A DNA stretch of 64,000 nt from the human T2T-CHM13v2.0 reference genome, Homo sapiens: the NCBI RefSeq assembly GCF_009914755.1, contig NC_060926.1. One strand, written 5' to 3'. The notes beneath the pieces were generated by a model. It searched no databases and was not told the origin of the DNA. It was given only the letters and a program-made list of their open reading frames with translations. The first letter of the stretch is position 1. Each line of letters starts with the position of its first letter. Made by a program: the position numbers and the translations under genes. Below are positions 30,318 to 46,230 of the stretch, one piece after another.

Positions 30318-31199
30318 CGAAACTGGGGGCTTTTAAAACAAACAAGAGTTCCAGTTGAGATTCAGGAGTTAGGGGGAAATGGAAATACACTAATATTGAC
30401 TGAATAGATCAAGATAATTTTCTTATAGTCTAACTCTCCACCTAGAGAAAATTAAATGTCTGCTGGAGAATGAGAACTTATCCAGAACCTCTATAGTTTA
30501 TCTAAATACTGGGCTTTGGATGCTGTAGATAGCAGACAAGGATTTAACAATGTCTAAGATTAACATATTTAAGAAAATAGATGAAAATATGGTGCACTTT
30601 CTCACGGATTGGAATCTGGCTACAAAAAATAAAATAATATTTGAGATGAGAAAAAAATAAAATCACTGAAAAGTAATTTAAGAGATGGAGTTAATACAAA
30701 ATTAGACCATGCAAAAGAAAGAATTACTAAATTGAAAGATAAATTATTGACTCAGTGTTCTTTATAGTTTAAAAAACCTAAAAGATAAAGAAAAAATATG
30801 TAGAGAGAAGTCCACAGACATAAGAGAAAAAGAGATTCAGACATTTCCATAAGAGACCTACAAAATTGGGTAAATAAATCTGATATATATATAAGAAGTT
30901 ATATAAGTAAATCTAATATATAATAATATATATAAGATGTTATATAAGTAAATCATATATGTATATATAAAATAATAATTGAAGTCCCAATAATGGAGGA
31001 GAGAGAGAAAAAAAAGATAATGACCAAAGATATTCCAAAATCATTGAAAGGCATCAAGCCACACATTCAAGTAGCTCTAAGAATCCCAAACAGAATACAT
31101 AAAAAGAAAACCATAATTAAGTACATTATAGTTAAATTGCTGAAAATCAAAGAAAAAGAAAAAAATCTTAAAAGTGTTCAGATGAAGATGTCAGCTTGG

Positions 31200-32235
31200 T
31201 GATATCATATATATGGGCACATGCAGAAACATTTATAGATGCATCTTGTAGTCAAGAGAGTAACCAGGTGCTAAAGCAAGCAAACAAACAGAAAAACTAC
31301 ATTAATGGTGATATGGCAAAAGAACACATGAACCCAAGGGCCGTTAGAAAGGGCTATTGATGACCAAAGCTGGAATAGTCTGAGCAAAAAGATAAGGTGG
31401 CATTCGATTATACTGAAAGTATTAAAATATCCGAGGATTCATACTGATATAAATACATGATTAGATGGATGGATAGATGGAAGGATGGATAGATAGATAG
31501 ATACATAGATAGATACATAGATAGATAGATAGACAGATAAGAAGAAACAAATCTATGAGAATATCTTCAAATAATTTGCATAGATGCTTCAAGCTCAAGG
31601 AGGTAGAGCATAACTCCTCACTCTTTAAATGTGGACTGCAACTAGCAGCTTTCTTCCAAAGAGTACAATATGGAAAAAGAATAACTTTACACTGGAGAAA
31701 TCTGACAGACACTACTTCAGCCAGGTGGTCAAGGTTAACATCTACAGTTATGTCATGTTGATAACATGTACCCTTAATATGATACGACACTTTAACTCTG
31801 TGATCTTCTTTTTAAACAATCATAACTTTGTTCTAATCTTGAGAAAAATGTAGGACAAATCCCAACTGAGAGACATTCCACAAAATACCTGACCAGTATT
31901 CCTCAAAACTGAAGATCATCAAAAACAAAAAAAAAAAAGCCTGAAAAACTGCCACAGCTAACAAGAGCCCAAGGAGACATAATTAACTAAACATAATGTG
32001 ACATCTTGGATGGGCTACAGGAACAAATAAATTATAAAACTAAGGAATTTGAATAACATATAGACTTTAGTTAATAATAATTTATCAATATTGGTGTATT
32101 AATTGTAACCAACTATACTAATATAACATGTTAATAACAGGGAAAAATTAGGCATGGGCTGTGTAATAACTGTACTATTAGTGTAACTTTTCTGTATATT
32201 TAAAAATATTCTAAAATTAAAGTTTATTTTTTAAA
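31200..32235 (+). mobile_element. L1MC-type 3'UTR nested in the older L1M
   Basis: 'aaggaggtagagcataactcc...cttccaaagagtacaatatggaaa' ending 'attctaaaattaaagtttatttt'. Confidence 0.8.
31462..31539 (+). repeat. Compound (GGAT)n(AGAT)n tetranucleotide STR
   Basis: Read directly from the sequence. Confidence 0.95.
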
Positions 32236-32599
32236 AGAGTATTCAAATTAAAATGATATATGACTTTCAAAGAAACAACAAGACAAAAGTAATTCTCTAT
32301 CATAAGTAAGACACTAGACAATGAAATCATATCATTTATGTGCTGAAAGAAAGTAACTGCTAACTTAGAATTATATATCAACTAAAAATGGTTTTCGGTT
32401 TTTTTTTTAAAGACAGATCTTTTATCCAAACACAGAGGGAATTCATCACCATTAATATAAATACTAAAAGGAATTATTTAGGCAGAAAAAAAAATTATCC
32501 CGGGTGAAAGCATATTAAATTAGGAAGGAATAGAAAGCCCAGGAAATGGTAAAAATGTGGGCAAATCCAAGTTAATATTAACTTTTAAAAGCATAATTA

Positions 32600-32939
<340 letters not shown>

Positions 32940-32949
32940 TTAAAATGCA

Positions 32950-33265
<316 letters not shown>

Positions 33266-36200
33266 TAAAATGCACACTATTCTAACACAAAAGGCAGTGG
33301 GAGGGGAACATAAATGAAATATTCTAAGATTTTTGTGTTGGCACAAAGAGAATAAAAGATTTAATTTAAAACATACTCTAAGTCAAGGATTAGTATTGTA
33401 AAATCTAAAGTAATTACTGAAATATCTATTTATATCCTTATATCTAATAAGATAAATTCACTAATAAAAGTATAACATTAATCCTTAGAAGATAAAAAAT
33501 GAGGAACCAATGGACAAAGAATAAATGGGATAAACAGAAAACTAATAGCAAGATTGTAGATTTAACCCCTAATATACCAGTTGTATTACATGGAAATGGA
33601 GAAAGCACTCTAGTGAATAGATAGATTGTTGGGCTAGATGAGTAACAAAACCCAACTATGTATTTCATATAACACATATGATTTAAATATAAAGAAACAG
33701 AAAGTTTAAAAGTGAAAAGATGAAAAAATATACTTCATGAAAGCATTTACCAAAAGAAAACTGAAGGTGTTATTTATATTAGACAAAGTAGACTTTAATG
33801 CAATGTATGTTTTGACAGCAATTAATCTAAGTGAGAAATCAGAGACAAAGATAACTCAAAAAACTTCCAAGTGTTGTGAAATGAAACAATATGCTTCCAA
33901 ATACTCTATGAGTCAAAGAATAAATGACAATTGATATTAGAAAATATTTTGAAGTGAATTTTAATCAAAAGATGGCTTATCAATATGGCAGGATAACGCT
34001 GGAGCAGTAGAAGAAAATTTGTAATCTTAAATGCATATTTTAGTAAAAAAAAAAAAAAGATGAAGAGTAATGATTTAAGCACCCATCTCAGGAAACTGTG
34101 ATCTTACTTAGATTAAATAAGTAAATAAGCAATTAAAGCCACAGAAACTAAAACAAAGAAAATAAGAACAGAAGAAATTAATGAAATAAAAAGCAAACAT
34201 ATAATGGAAAATATCAACAAAGTCAAACTGAAAAGATTAACCAATAAACCCCTAAGATGACCAAAATGAACAAAAACAAAGACAGAATACCAAATGTGAG
34301 AAATAAAAAACGGAACATAATTACAGAGTCTAAAGACATTAAAAACTTTAACAGAATATTGTAACAACTTTATGGCAGTAAATTTGAAAATTTAAAGGTA
34401 AGATGGACACAATTCCTGGTAATAATTCTTTAGATAAACACAAGAAGAAACAGAAAAAAATCCAAACAATTCCATACCTATTAAATAATTAATTTTTTTA
34501 TATAAAACTTTCCCTAAAATAACCCAGTCCCAAATAACTATACCATTGAATTACTCCAAACATTAAATGAAGAAATGATATGAATTTTATACAATCTTTC
34601 CTAGAGCATAGTAAAAAATATTAATAGAACACTTTCAAACTCATTTTGTGAAACCAGTGTAACTTTAATACTAAACCTGCAAAGGACATTCTGTAAAATA
34701 AATTTACAGACTAGTCTCTTTCATTAACACAGATGTAAAAATCTCTAACAAAATACTGGCCAATTAAATCTAACAGCATATGAAAAGATAATCAGAAACA
34801 CAAACTTGTTTTAACACTCAAAAAGCAATATAATTTATCACATTAATCAAATAAAAGAGAAAAATACATGATCACCTTAATAGAGGTTAAAAGAGCATTT
34901 AATAACATCCAACACTCATTCACAATTTGAAAAAAGAACTTTTCACAAAATAAGAATAGAAGGGAACTTTATTAATCTGTTAGAGTACCTACAAAAATCT
35001 AACAAACATCTTAAATACTGTTAAAATAATCATCTTTCTCCCTGAGAACAGGAAAGAGTTAAGGATGTCCACCATCGTCATGCATATTCATTATTGTACT
35101 AGCAGACCTTACCAGTACAGCAAGTCAAGAAAAATAAATAAAAATAAATAGATATTAGAAGGGAAGAGGTGAAATTTACCATATTTGCAGCAAATGTAAT
35201 CTTCCACATAGAAAACCCAAAAGCATCTACAAATAAATTGTTGGAATTTATAAGTGAATTTAGGAAGATTTTCAGACATAGAGTTAACACCAAGTAAATT
35301 GTATTCTTCTATACTGGCAGAAATAATTAGAAAATAAAAATTTTTTAAAAAGCATTTACATTTTTATTCATTTAATTTCATTATAATAAAATCATTTATT
35401 CCTAGGTATACAAATAAACCGAAGGTATACAAGACTTCTACACAAAAAGTACTTTAAAATACTGAGAGAAATTTTAAGAGATCTTAGATATATTAAGGAA
35501 TATACAAAAATGGCCAGTAATGATAAGACTGTTTTAAAGAAAAGGAACAGAGTTGCAGAATTGATAGTGCCAGATATCAAGATTGATTAGGAAGTAACAT
35601 CAACTGAAACAGCATGCAATTGGCACAAGTACAGACAAATAGACCAATGGAATAGGATAAAAAATCCTATATAGAACTATATGTGCTACTGAAAGGCAGG
35701 GGGTAAAGAGTGTCCTCAAGAAATGATGCCTTAGTCAATTGGTTGTCCCTGTGAGAATACGTGAACTTCACTCCCACATCACATCATACACAGAAATCAA
35801 TTCCAGATAGGAACCCAGATAGGTTTCCTAAAATGAAAAGTAAAACAATTACATTTCTAAAAGACAACAGGAGAGTATCTTCATAACTTTGCTTGGAATT
35901 GGAAAAAATATTCTGAACATCACACAAAAAGGAAAACATAAAAGAAAACTCATCTGATAAGTTGGACTTGTTAAAATTTAAAAAATTGTTTATCAAAAGA
36001 TGCCATTTAAAAAGTGAAAGGGAAAGTATAAACAAGTTATTTGCGAAACACATATCTGACAAAGGACTGGTAGCCAGAATATACAAATAATCCTTATGAA
36101 TCAATAACAAAATTCAGACAATCTAATAAAAAATGGACAAAACACTTGAACAGGTACTTTTTTGCAATAAATACTAAAGCTGAACTTTTGCTTACCTCTG

Positions 36201-36394
36201 GACCTAGCAATTTCACTCTCTTGTCTAAACTTGGCTTCCAGAATCTTGACGTGGATTGCAAAGAAAAATTTTATTACCTTGCCTTAAACAAGGCTAGATA
36301 CGTCAAGTTTACAGTTAGAAGGGACATAGAGAGGATTTTAGGGCTCTTTAAATCAAAATCAAACTTCTTTAGTAAGAAAAAATAAGGTTTTGTC

Positions 36395-36900
36395 CTATGT
36401 AACAGAAAAGAAAAATCCAAGGGTAGAAATAATTGTATTTTTAATGTTTGATCTCAGAGCTGAAATGATGCCATTGGGACCCAGCCATTCCCTCTTGGCT
36501 CTGCTTACCATGTTGCTTTCATTCTCAGGCTCCATGTGGTGACAAAGTGGTGCCAACAGCTCTAGTCCTTCTTCTTCAAATCCACTTTAAAACTGAGCAT
36601 TTTCCCTCAGGAGCTAATAATAAGCTGAAGAATTTCCTCTAATTACAACAATTTGAAGCATGTGTTCAACTCTGAAGCAAAAGGCCTGGGTTGTGTGCTC
36701 AACAATGAACCAATCCCCATGACTGGGGGAATGCAAAGTGCTGGCTGGCCAGTCTCAAGTTGTACTCTCCTTATGGAGGCAGGATCCCCACCAGATCCAC
36801 ATGAACTGAGCTAGGAATGGACGAATAAACTTTGGGGTGTTACCTCCAGAAGAAAGGATAATGCCTGCTGAAGAGACTGAAACCAAAAACGTGTCCCCAG
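36395..36900 (-). mobile_element. Old MLT1-type LTR
   Basis: 'ctttcattctcaggctccatgtggtgacaaagtgg' and 'tgaaccaatc...gggaatgcaaagtgctggctggccag'. Confidence 0.55.
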
Positions 36901-37603
36901 AGGGTTGTTCTGAGACTCTCTTGGAGAGCAAAGTGACAGGCCCAAGGTCTACATATTTGGCATCAGAAGGTGAACTTAAGAACAGAAAGCCTCATCTAAA
37001 AGCCTAAGAAAGGTGGAGTTCTACTGAAGGATGAAAAGATACAAACAGGTCCTTAGGCTTTCATTCTGCCAGGCATTCTTCCCTCAGGTGCTGGCTGAGT
37101 CCAAGGCCAGAGAAGGGAGGCACCTCATGCTGGGGGAACAGGTTGCCAGACAGTCTCCTAAGGTATCTGGATGCAATCCCATACGGCCTTCATGGAGGAA
37201 GGCTGGGGTCTTGACTAGGAGCCAGGAGTCTGGTGGTTTGGCTGGGCCTGGGCATCCAGGATTGGCCGGAGGTGCCTTCCGCACACTATCTCTCTATCGC
37301 ACCATCTGCAGCTGCCTTCTGCATTTGGCCCAAGGACAGTGTTGCCAGTCACTTCAGGGGATTGCTGGGCCTTCTGTAAGCAATACTTGGAAAAGGCCAA
37401 ATTTGACACTTGGCTGCTCTCCTTGAAGTTAAAAGTCCAAGCTTAGGTCAAGAAATATGACAAAAAAATGTGGCACAATGCCCAAGAACACTCAGCTTGC
37501 AAGACAGCAGAACAGAAAGTATATATACCAAGGAAATTGATGAAAAACACAGAAAGGATCTATGGGCTTCCCAAAATATATTCTAGCAAGTTTGAGGATT
37601 TAG

Positions 37604-37921
<318 letters not shown>

Positions 37922-39899
37922 TGAGGATTTAGTTTTGAAGCTCAGAATAAGGTCAAGAAAGAAAAAAACAGTGGATTTATTCTTCTCCTGTCTTTTTCCT
38001 AAAAGCCAAAGGTATAAGTAAAAAAAAGTGAAGGGGTCACTAATTGATTATGGTTGAAGAGAACAGTATCTAATCCTCCTCTGCTGTCACATGGGGGCCC
38101 CAAAAATGATGGGCTTAGCGAGGAAGGATCCAGTGGACAAGGGGGTTGGGCAGGTCATTGTCCCAAAAAGAGGGCCAAGAAAAGACACCATGACTTGGAA
38201 GAATTCTGGAGATAATCCTAGAAGAGGAGGAAGTGAGGACTCCTACTGGCAAATCAAAGGGTCCAGCCCAGTTGTTTGTTTGTCTTTACCTTGTTCTACT
38301 CCATACCCTAGCACTGAACTCAGAAGATTCCCATTTCAGCCCCCATCTGTGGAGGAGTCCACGCATCATCCATTGCCCTGGCACGTCGCATTCATCAGGC
38401 CACCAACCTGCACCTCCTTTTCTGGAGAAAGCAGTGCCACCTTCCCTTATGGATAACTCTAGCCACAGGGTGAACTTAGACCCAGCTAATTTGATATCCA
38501 GTATCAGAGAATCATCTAGCTTTGGTGGAGAGGGAGGTGAGGAAAGTAGGCAAATGCAACTTAAATAGGAAGCCAGGTCAGGCCTGCAAAAAGTGGTCAG
38601 ATTTAAGGTTGGCAGGTAGTCTACCGGAGTCAGGGCTGGCTCTCCCTGCCTCCATCCCTCTAATAGCCAAGGAACTCCTTCCAAGTTGGCTTAAAAAGGC
38701 CTCCTTCTTATATTCACTTCACAAAGGTAGGAAGTATCAATTCTAGTCCCTGTGTAAGTGTGACAACGTTACTACTTAAGGAAGCCCTGGGTGTCTGGAA
38801 TCATTCCAGTGCTGAAGATGTCCATCAAACAATGATTGATGGTACTCTTCAATGAGCATATCAGTACATATACATGAGGCAGTGTTTATTTTTCCTCTCT
38901 TAAACAATGTCAGACAAACATTCCTGAAACTTTCAGGGATACTGCACAAAAGATTCCCATGTCTAATGAGAGGTTGGATTGATGACGTCAAAGAATTTTT
39001 CCCATCTGTGAGTCTATGTTTCTTGGGTTGTTCATTTGCTGGGTGATCAGAGACCTCTCACATCACTTTTCCTGGTCTCAGCTTTTTCATCTATGAACTG
39101 GTGACAATTTTACTGGCTCTGCCAGCCTGAAGGGTATGTGAAGAACAAGTGAAATGATAGATGTAAAAAGACATTCATAGAAGACTAAACCTTATACAGT
39201 TTTGAAAAAACTATATAAAGAGATTCATAGCTTAAGACAAAAATTCTCATTCGGGAAAATTTGGTCAGAAGGCAGAGAAAGAAAGCAAAAATAACATGTG
39301 AAATTGTCATATGTTATAAAATGAGAGCATTTGGAAATGTCCAGGACAGCCTAGGAGAGATGGGTGCTAAGGGTGCTCGGAGCTAAGGAAGAAAAGGGAG
39401 AAGTTGAAAATACAGAAAGAAAAGAAGGCACAAGGAGGGTCTGTCACCATGGGAAAGGCCTAAGACATGAGAAAAAGAAAACCCCGGGAAGCAGGTCCCA
39501 TGGTAGGAAGGCTGAGAGCCTTTAACAACATTAAAGCCAGAGGCTCAGTTTTCCATTGTAAAATACCCCACCTCCACTGTCCTAAGCATAACCCACACCA
39601 TTCCTTATGCAGAAAATATCTAGGAGAGAATAATGAGAAGAGTTATGCTCCACATTTTGGTTTACTTAGGGTAGACAGAAAAAAAAAGAACCACAGAAAA
39701 TAAGATTAAAAATGAGATTGAAAGTTCAGTAAGAAAGGGAAGCCAGAGCAAAAGATCGAAACAAAAATTAAGCGCCTCAAAATTCACAATAATCTTTGGA
39801 GGAAATTGGATCTAATAATAAATGTGATCAAAGCTTGAAACATTTTTATTTGACTATTAATTATTATTAACATAGTGGACTTCCAAGGTATAAGTGCTT

Positions 39900-42800
39900 A
39901 ATACTCATATATGTTTTAGTTTAAAGGGTTAGAAAGGGCTCTAAAAATATACTTTGTTGACTAGGCATGGGCCTACATTAAGTGAACTGAGATGTCAGAA
40001 CAGTCTTGGTATACTGTAGAGGCAGGTATCCAAAGGCTTAGGAATATTGGAATGGCAGAGTGGATTTCTCATGTGAAACTTACATGCTTACTCTGAGAGG
40101 ATCCAGAGGATACACGTTTCACCACGACTCCAAGAAATAAATTTGGGAGGGTTGCCCCAGCTTCTTTAAAGAACTCTGTGGTTGTTCTCTGTAGATCAGA
40201 AATGACAGTGAAGACTGCTACCGCTGAACCAGCATCCTCAAAAGCAATGGAATCACTTGGTCCCAGAATGACAGGGGCCAAGTGGCAGCATTTAATTAAG
40301 AAGGGCAAGGTGTTTGTGGGTCCATAGTGTGGACAACAGAGTCAAAGCCATCATGAGAATAGACTGCTCTGCATATACCTACATATTGGCCAGTTAGTCT
40401 TAGCATCTCTAGAAAGGAATTAGATAGGCAGTCTGTGAAACTTCTATCTACTTGATCTGTATAAGCAAAAGAGTTCTAGGTTGAATGGACAGGAGTTTAA
40501 CTAGAATCACCAAAATAGAGGCACAACACCTCAATCAGTTCCTAGATTTGAGTCAGGTTACATACTCAGAGTTCCTTGAATGAAAGGGAGGTTGGGTCTC
40601 CTTGAGGAAAGACCCTGGAACACTTGCCAAGAATATATACTATCAATCTTTCTCCTAGACTACCCCCAGAGGGACTTACAGACATACACTGGAGTAACAC
40701 GCATCAGGGAAAGGGAAATAATCAGACTTTCAGAGTATTACTGGACTCTGGCTCTGAACTGGCACTAATTTCTAGAGACCCAAAATATCACTGCGGTCAA
40801 CCAGTCAGAATAGGAGTACTATGGTTTGAATGTTTGTGTCCCCTGCAAAATTCATGTTGAAACTTAAAACACCCATGTGATAGTATTAGGAGGTGGAGCC
40901 TTGAGGAGGTGATTGTGTTATGAAGGCAAAGCCATCGTGGATGGAATTACTGAAATAATAAAAGGCCTGGAGGCTAACTAGCTAGACTCCTTCTTGCTCT
41001 TCTGCCCCTTCCACTATGTGAGAGCATAACATTCAAGGCATCATCTTGGAAGCAGAGATGTAGCTTTCAGCAGACACCCAACCTACTGGTGCCTTGATCT
41101 TGGACTTCCCAGCTTCAATAACTGTAAGAAAATTAATTTCCATTGCATATAAATTACCTAGTTTCAGGTATTTTGTTATAGTAACACAAACCTTATGAAG
41201 GCCAGGTGATCAATAGAGTTTAAGCTCAGGGTTATATTATAGTGGGTCCAAGAGTTTCATGAGTCCATCCTGTGGGTATTTTCCCAGTTCTGCAATGCCT
41301 AATTGGAACAGACATATTGAGAATCCCTGAATCAACTGGCAGAATTCCAAATTGGTTCCCTGACCTGTGAAGTGAGGGTTATTATTGTAGGAAAGGCCAA
41401 GTGGAAGCCACTATAAATGTCACTACTTACAAAAACAGTAAAGCAAAAGCAATACCATGTCTCTGGAGGGATTGTAGAGATTGGTGCCCCCATCAATAAC
41501 TTCAAAGATGCAGAGGCAGTGTGATTCCTATCGCATCTTTATTCACCTTACCTATTTGGCCTGTGGAAAACAAACAGATCTTGGAGAATAATAGTGGATT
41601 ACTATAAAATTAATCCAGTAGTGACTCGTGTTGCAAATGCTGTTGCAGATGTGACTTTGCTCCTTGAGCAAATGAACATGTCCCCTGGTAGCTGGTATGC
41701 AGCTATTGATCTGTAAAATGCTTTTTTCTTGATACTTGCTAGTATAGGCCACCAAAAGCAGTTTGCTTTCAGCTGGCAAGTCCAGGAGTACACCTTCACT
41801 CACCTACCCAGTGCACATCAACTCTCTAGTTCTATGTCATAATATAGTCCATAGGGACTTTGATCACTTCTCATATACATAAGATGTCATACTGGTCCCA
41901 TGACATGGGAGATATTATGCTGATTGAACCTGCTAAACAGGAAATTACACTACTCTAGACATATTGTTGAGACATTTGAATGTCAGAGGATGGAAAATAA
42001 TCTCACAAAAATCCACCTCAGTGAAATTTTTAGACATCCAGTGGTGTGGGGCATGTCAAGATACCCCTTCTAAGATGAAGGATGAGCTTTTGCATCTGGC
42101 CTATCCTACAACCACAAAAGAACAATACCTAGTGCATCTCTTTGGATTTTGGAGGCAACACACTCCTTGTTTGGGTGTGCTACTCCAGTCCATTCACCAA
42201 ATGACCTGAAAAGCTGCTAATTTTCAGCTAGGTCTAGAATAAAAGAAGTCTCTTCAGGGGTTCAGGCTGTTGTGCAAACTGCTCTGCCACTTGATCCAGA
42301 AGATGCTATGATGTGTGAAGTGCCAGTGGCAGATAGAAATGCTGTAGGTGAATCACAGCACATATTTTTAGGATGTGCTGGCTCCTGCCATCCTCTTCAA
42401 ACAGCCAGCCTTTCTTTGAGAAACTGCTTTTGGCTTGCTACTGGACTTTAAAAGAGACTGGACACTTAATCATGGGCCACCAAGTTACCATGGAACCTGA
42501 GATGCCCATCATGAACTGATCCACCAAACCATACTGTTGGTCTTGTGCTGGAGCACACTATTATCAAATGAAAGTGACATATATGAGACTGGACTCAAGC
42601 ATGTTCTGAAGGCACAAGTAAGATATATGAGGAAATGGTTCAAATGTGCATACTATGGTTCCTGCTTCATTAACTTTCCATCCCAGCCTGCATCTATGGC
42701 CTCATGGGGTATTTCCTATGAGCAATTGACTGAGGAAGAGAAAAGTCTGGCTTGTTTAACATATAGTTCTACGTCTTCCTTGGGTGCTACTTAAAAATGG

Positions 42801-43385
42801 ACAGTTGCAACACTATATCATCTTTCTGGGCCATCCCTGAAAGACAGTAATAAAGGAAAATCTTCTAGTAGGCATAACTTTGAGCAGTGTGTCTGGTTGT
42901 TCATAGGAAAGACAAATGAGCCAGAGGCATAAGTACATATTGATTCATGGGCTGTGGCCAGTGGTTTGGCTGAATGGTCAGGCACTTGGAAGAAACATAA
43001 TTGGAAAATTCGTGGCAAGGTCTGGGTAAAATGCAAGTGGGTAGACTTCTCTGAATAGGCAAAGAATAAGAAGATATTTCTGTCCCTTAAGAATGCTTAT
43101 CAAAGGGTGACCTCAGCAAAGAAGAATTTAATAATCAAATGGATAAGATGATCTCTTTTGTGGATACCAGTAAGCCTCTTTCTCCAGCTACTCCTGTCAT
43201 CACCTGATGGACTCATGAACAAAGTGGCCATGGTAGAAGGGATGGAGGCTATGCATGGGCTCTGTAACACAGACATCCACTCAACAAGGGCAATCTTGAT
43301 ATAGCCACTGCTGAGTGCCCAGTCTACCAGTAGCAAAAACCAGCACTAGGTCCCTGATATGACACTATTCTCCAGAGTGATTTGG
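39900..43385 (+). mobile_element. ERVL-type endogenous retrovirus internal relic (gag-protease-RT-RNaseH-integrase start), disabled, no LTRs seen
   Basis: Protease motif FRVLLDSGSELALI (~40740). RT-like 'WYAAIDL*NAFF' (~41695) and 'VKFLDIQWCG' (~42020). RNaseH 'DSWAVASGLAEWSGTWK' (~42942). Integrase N-terminus 'HEQSGHGRRDG' (~43214). Confidence 0.88.
40817..41191 (+). mobile_element. MST-type MaLR LTR inserted in the ERVL protease region
   Basis: 'tactatggtttgaatgtttgtgtcccc...ggtgccttgatcttggacttcccagc...ggtattttgttatagtaacacaaac'. The ERVL reads on across it (taggag | cttatg). Confidence 0.88.
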
Positions 43386-43899
43386 GACCAGTTAGTTAAT
43401 CTCTCAGCCTTTCTCTGAAATGGGTCTGACAACATCAAGCTTCTGGGGTGTTATAAGGGTTAAAGTGAGCACCTAGCACACACCTGGCTCATCACTGCAG
43501 TGATTGTCTTTAGCACTATAGCAACTCATGAACCCCTTAGTCAAATGTGGGAGACTGTCTAGGAGCATATTATAGTCTTCTTTTGCTAAGCTGGTTCTGT
43601 TGATCCTCTCATTTTTTATTGTCCCTTTTCAATCAAACACTCTGTGATCTAGGCTAAAATTGATTGCTTCCTTGAATAAAATAACAAATAATTAAATGGA
43701 AAAGATATAATCTTTATCTGAAGTTGCCCAATTCAGACTTATCAACAACTACTACTATTAATTTTAAGGAGGGCTTTTTCTCCCCAATAGTTTCTGGAAA
43801 GCATCAGCCTCCAATCATTTAAAATGAATTATATATTTGAATGAGTTCTATATACAAAGTTCTATATTTTCAGAATCCTCTCTCTGAGAGTTCTCTGCC

Positions 43900-44130
43900 T
43901 GATGCTTTTTATGTTGTTATAATACTAGCTTATGCTCTTAGATATATTAGCTTATTTAATGCTCACAGCAATCCTATGGCATACATACATATCATTAGCC
44001 CCACTTCACAGATGAAGAAATATGCACAAACAAGTAACTTGTCCATAGTCACATGGCTAGACAGTGGTAGAGCCAGGCTTTAAACCCAGCAATATAGCTC
44101 CAGAGTTCGTGCCCTTAACCATTATTCCAT
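43900..44130 (-). mobile_element. MIR
   Basis: 'tttaatgctcacagcaatcctatg...acagatgaagaaa...agtaacttgtccatagtcacatggctag'. Confidence 0.8.
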
Positions 44131-46019
44131 ACAGTCTCTGGACTGAGGCTTCCCCATCTGCTGAGAAAAGCAATGAGCTCTGGAAGGACATTGGTTCTGT
44201 AACTGGATGAAAACCTGGGTGATGAGTTGAGCTCTGTGGGCACATGGTATTAGATAATGGTAACTTTCTTGGGCACCCCCAGACAAGGTGGCCTGGGAAG
44301 AACTCATCCATTTTCTAATGCTGGTTGGCCTCCCTCTGTCCAGATGGGAGATGAGCTCAAGCCATGAAGACTCCTTACATTTTCCTAAGCTGAAAATCAA
44401 AATGACAATTTGTTAAAAGCCATCTTGTGGACGTGTTTTTCCAAACATGGAAAGCCGCCTGCTGAAGTTATCACAGCCTCCAACTATTGAGATGGAAGCT
44501 GCCCGAGATTCTGAACATCTGAGAGTTCACCAAAGGACTACCGTTTCTAGAGTCTGGACACCTCAAGGAGGGGGATCCAGGAGAAGGGCATGTGCTCTGT
44601 CCATGGTATCTGTGGGGCACTGTGACTCTGGACATAAAAGAGGGAGGGAAAGAAGAGAGCAACAGCCCAAAATCCCAAAACACTGTCTATGCCTGGCAGC
44701 AAGGCCTGGAACTCAGCATAATAGAGAGCTCCCCAGAACCTGGCTATGCAATGAGCTCTCCTTCAGGAGCCCAGAGACTTGGGCTTGTTCCTCATTCCCA
44801 TGAAGCACTCCCTTGCTCCACACAAGTGTTTGTCTTGTCTAACCTAGTCATCATCCTCAACTTTGGCTGTCATGGAATCACCTGGGAAGCTCTAAGAAAC
44901 CCAAATACTCATGCAGCATTGCAGACACTGAAATTAGGATCTCAAGGGGAGGGCCCAGAAAAGTATGTCCTACCATGGGCAGACAAGGTTGAAAACACTG
45001 AGCTATGTCTTGAAAAGCACTATGGGAATTTGTATTATCTACCTCCTTGAGTCACTCAGAAAAGCTCTCAACATCATGACCAGTCCCTGTGGATTGACAG
45101 ATCCTTCTCTGTGCTGTGAGAACACTCTCCTTTGGCAGAGAAGCAGTGTGGTCTGAGCAGAAGCAGAGCAGGATGTGTATGTGTGCCCTGTGAGGGGTGA
45201 GAACACATGGTTCTGTTTCTTCCAGGATCCAGGATATTACGGGACAGCTGTGCTGCTGAGAAATTGTTGACCTCCAATGAGTTGGTCCTCCACAGCATTC
45301 AGGAGAGCCATGGGTGTGACAGAGATTGCCCTTTTGCAGGAGGAAACACAGTTCACACCTCTGTCCATCTGCTTCTCTACGTACTCATGTCTGAGAACTC
45401 CATGTCACCAGCAAAATTGTGAAGCTGAGCCCCACGGATCATTATTGGAACGAGATGGAATCTAGCCCAGCAAGGACAGGTGAAACATGTGTAGATCCTG
45501 TGTTAGGGCTGATTTGTTATGGGACCAACCCCCTGCCCACTGGATACTGAAATTACAATTCGAATGTTCTGAAACATTTTCAATGGTGCAGGTGCACAGC
45601 AGACGGACTTGTGGAGGATATAATGGCCAGAGATTTCCCAAGTCTCTACCACTTGCCTTTCTCTTTCTTCTCAGAAAAACCAGCTTTCCAAGGATCCACA
45701 ACGGGACTGGTGTTGCCTATTTTTCTGAAGTATCCAGAGTGTAGCAGAAAGAACTAACACTTTCTAGCATCTGCGTTTGAAAGTCCATGTGTATTAGATT
45801 GTTTAATCCTCAAAATATCCCCATTTGTATTTTAAAAGGATTTTTACTCTATTTTATAATGTTAAAATGAGGATGTGTGGAATTACATACATTTCTCAAG
45901 GGGATAGAAGTTTCAGAATTTTGTTTATCCCACCTGTTTCTGGCTCCAGAATCTGGTCTTTTTTCCACACCAGGCTGTGCCGAGGTCTGTGTTGATGCTT
46001 AATAAAGTATCTACTGCTA

Positions 46020-46230
46020 ATATTAATGTTACTAACTTTTATTTATCAAACACTGTTTGTACACAGGTATTCTGCATGAATTATCTCAGTTAGTTCACGT
46101 GACAGCCCTGGGAAGCAAGTAATATTCTAGCCAATTCACAGATGGGAAATAGGCTCAGAGAAGTTAGGCTGACCTTGCATGTCCACAGCCAGTAAATACA
46201 GAGCCAGGACTGACCCTCGGATCCTTACTT
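46020..46230 (-). mobile_element. MIR
   Basis: 'acagatgggaaataggctcagagaagttagg'. Confidence 0.65.

Noticed and set aside
30873-30970. AT-rich ~37-bp tandem units as a special array
   Set aside because: Low-complexity (TA)n-associated slippage inside an old L1.
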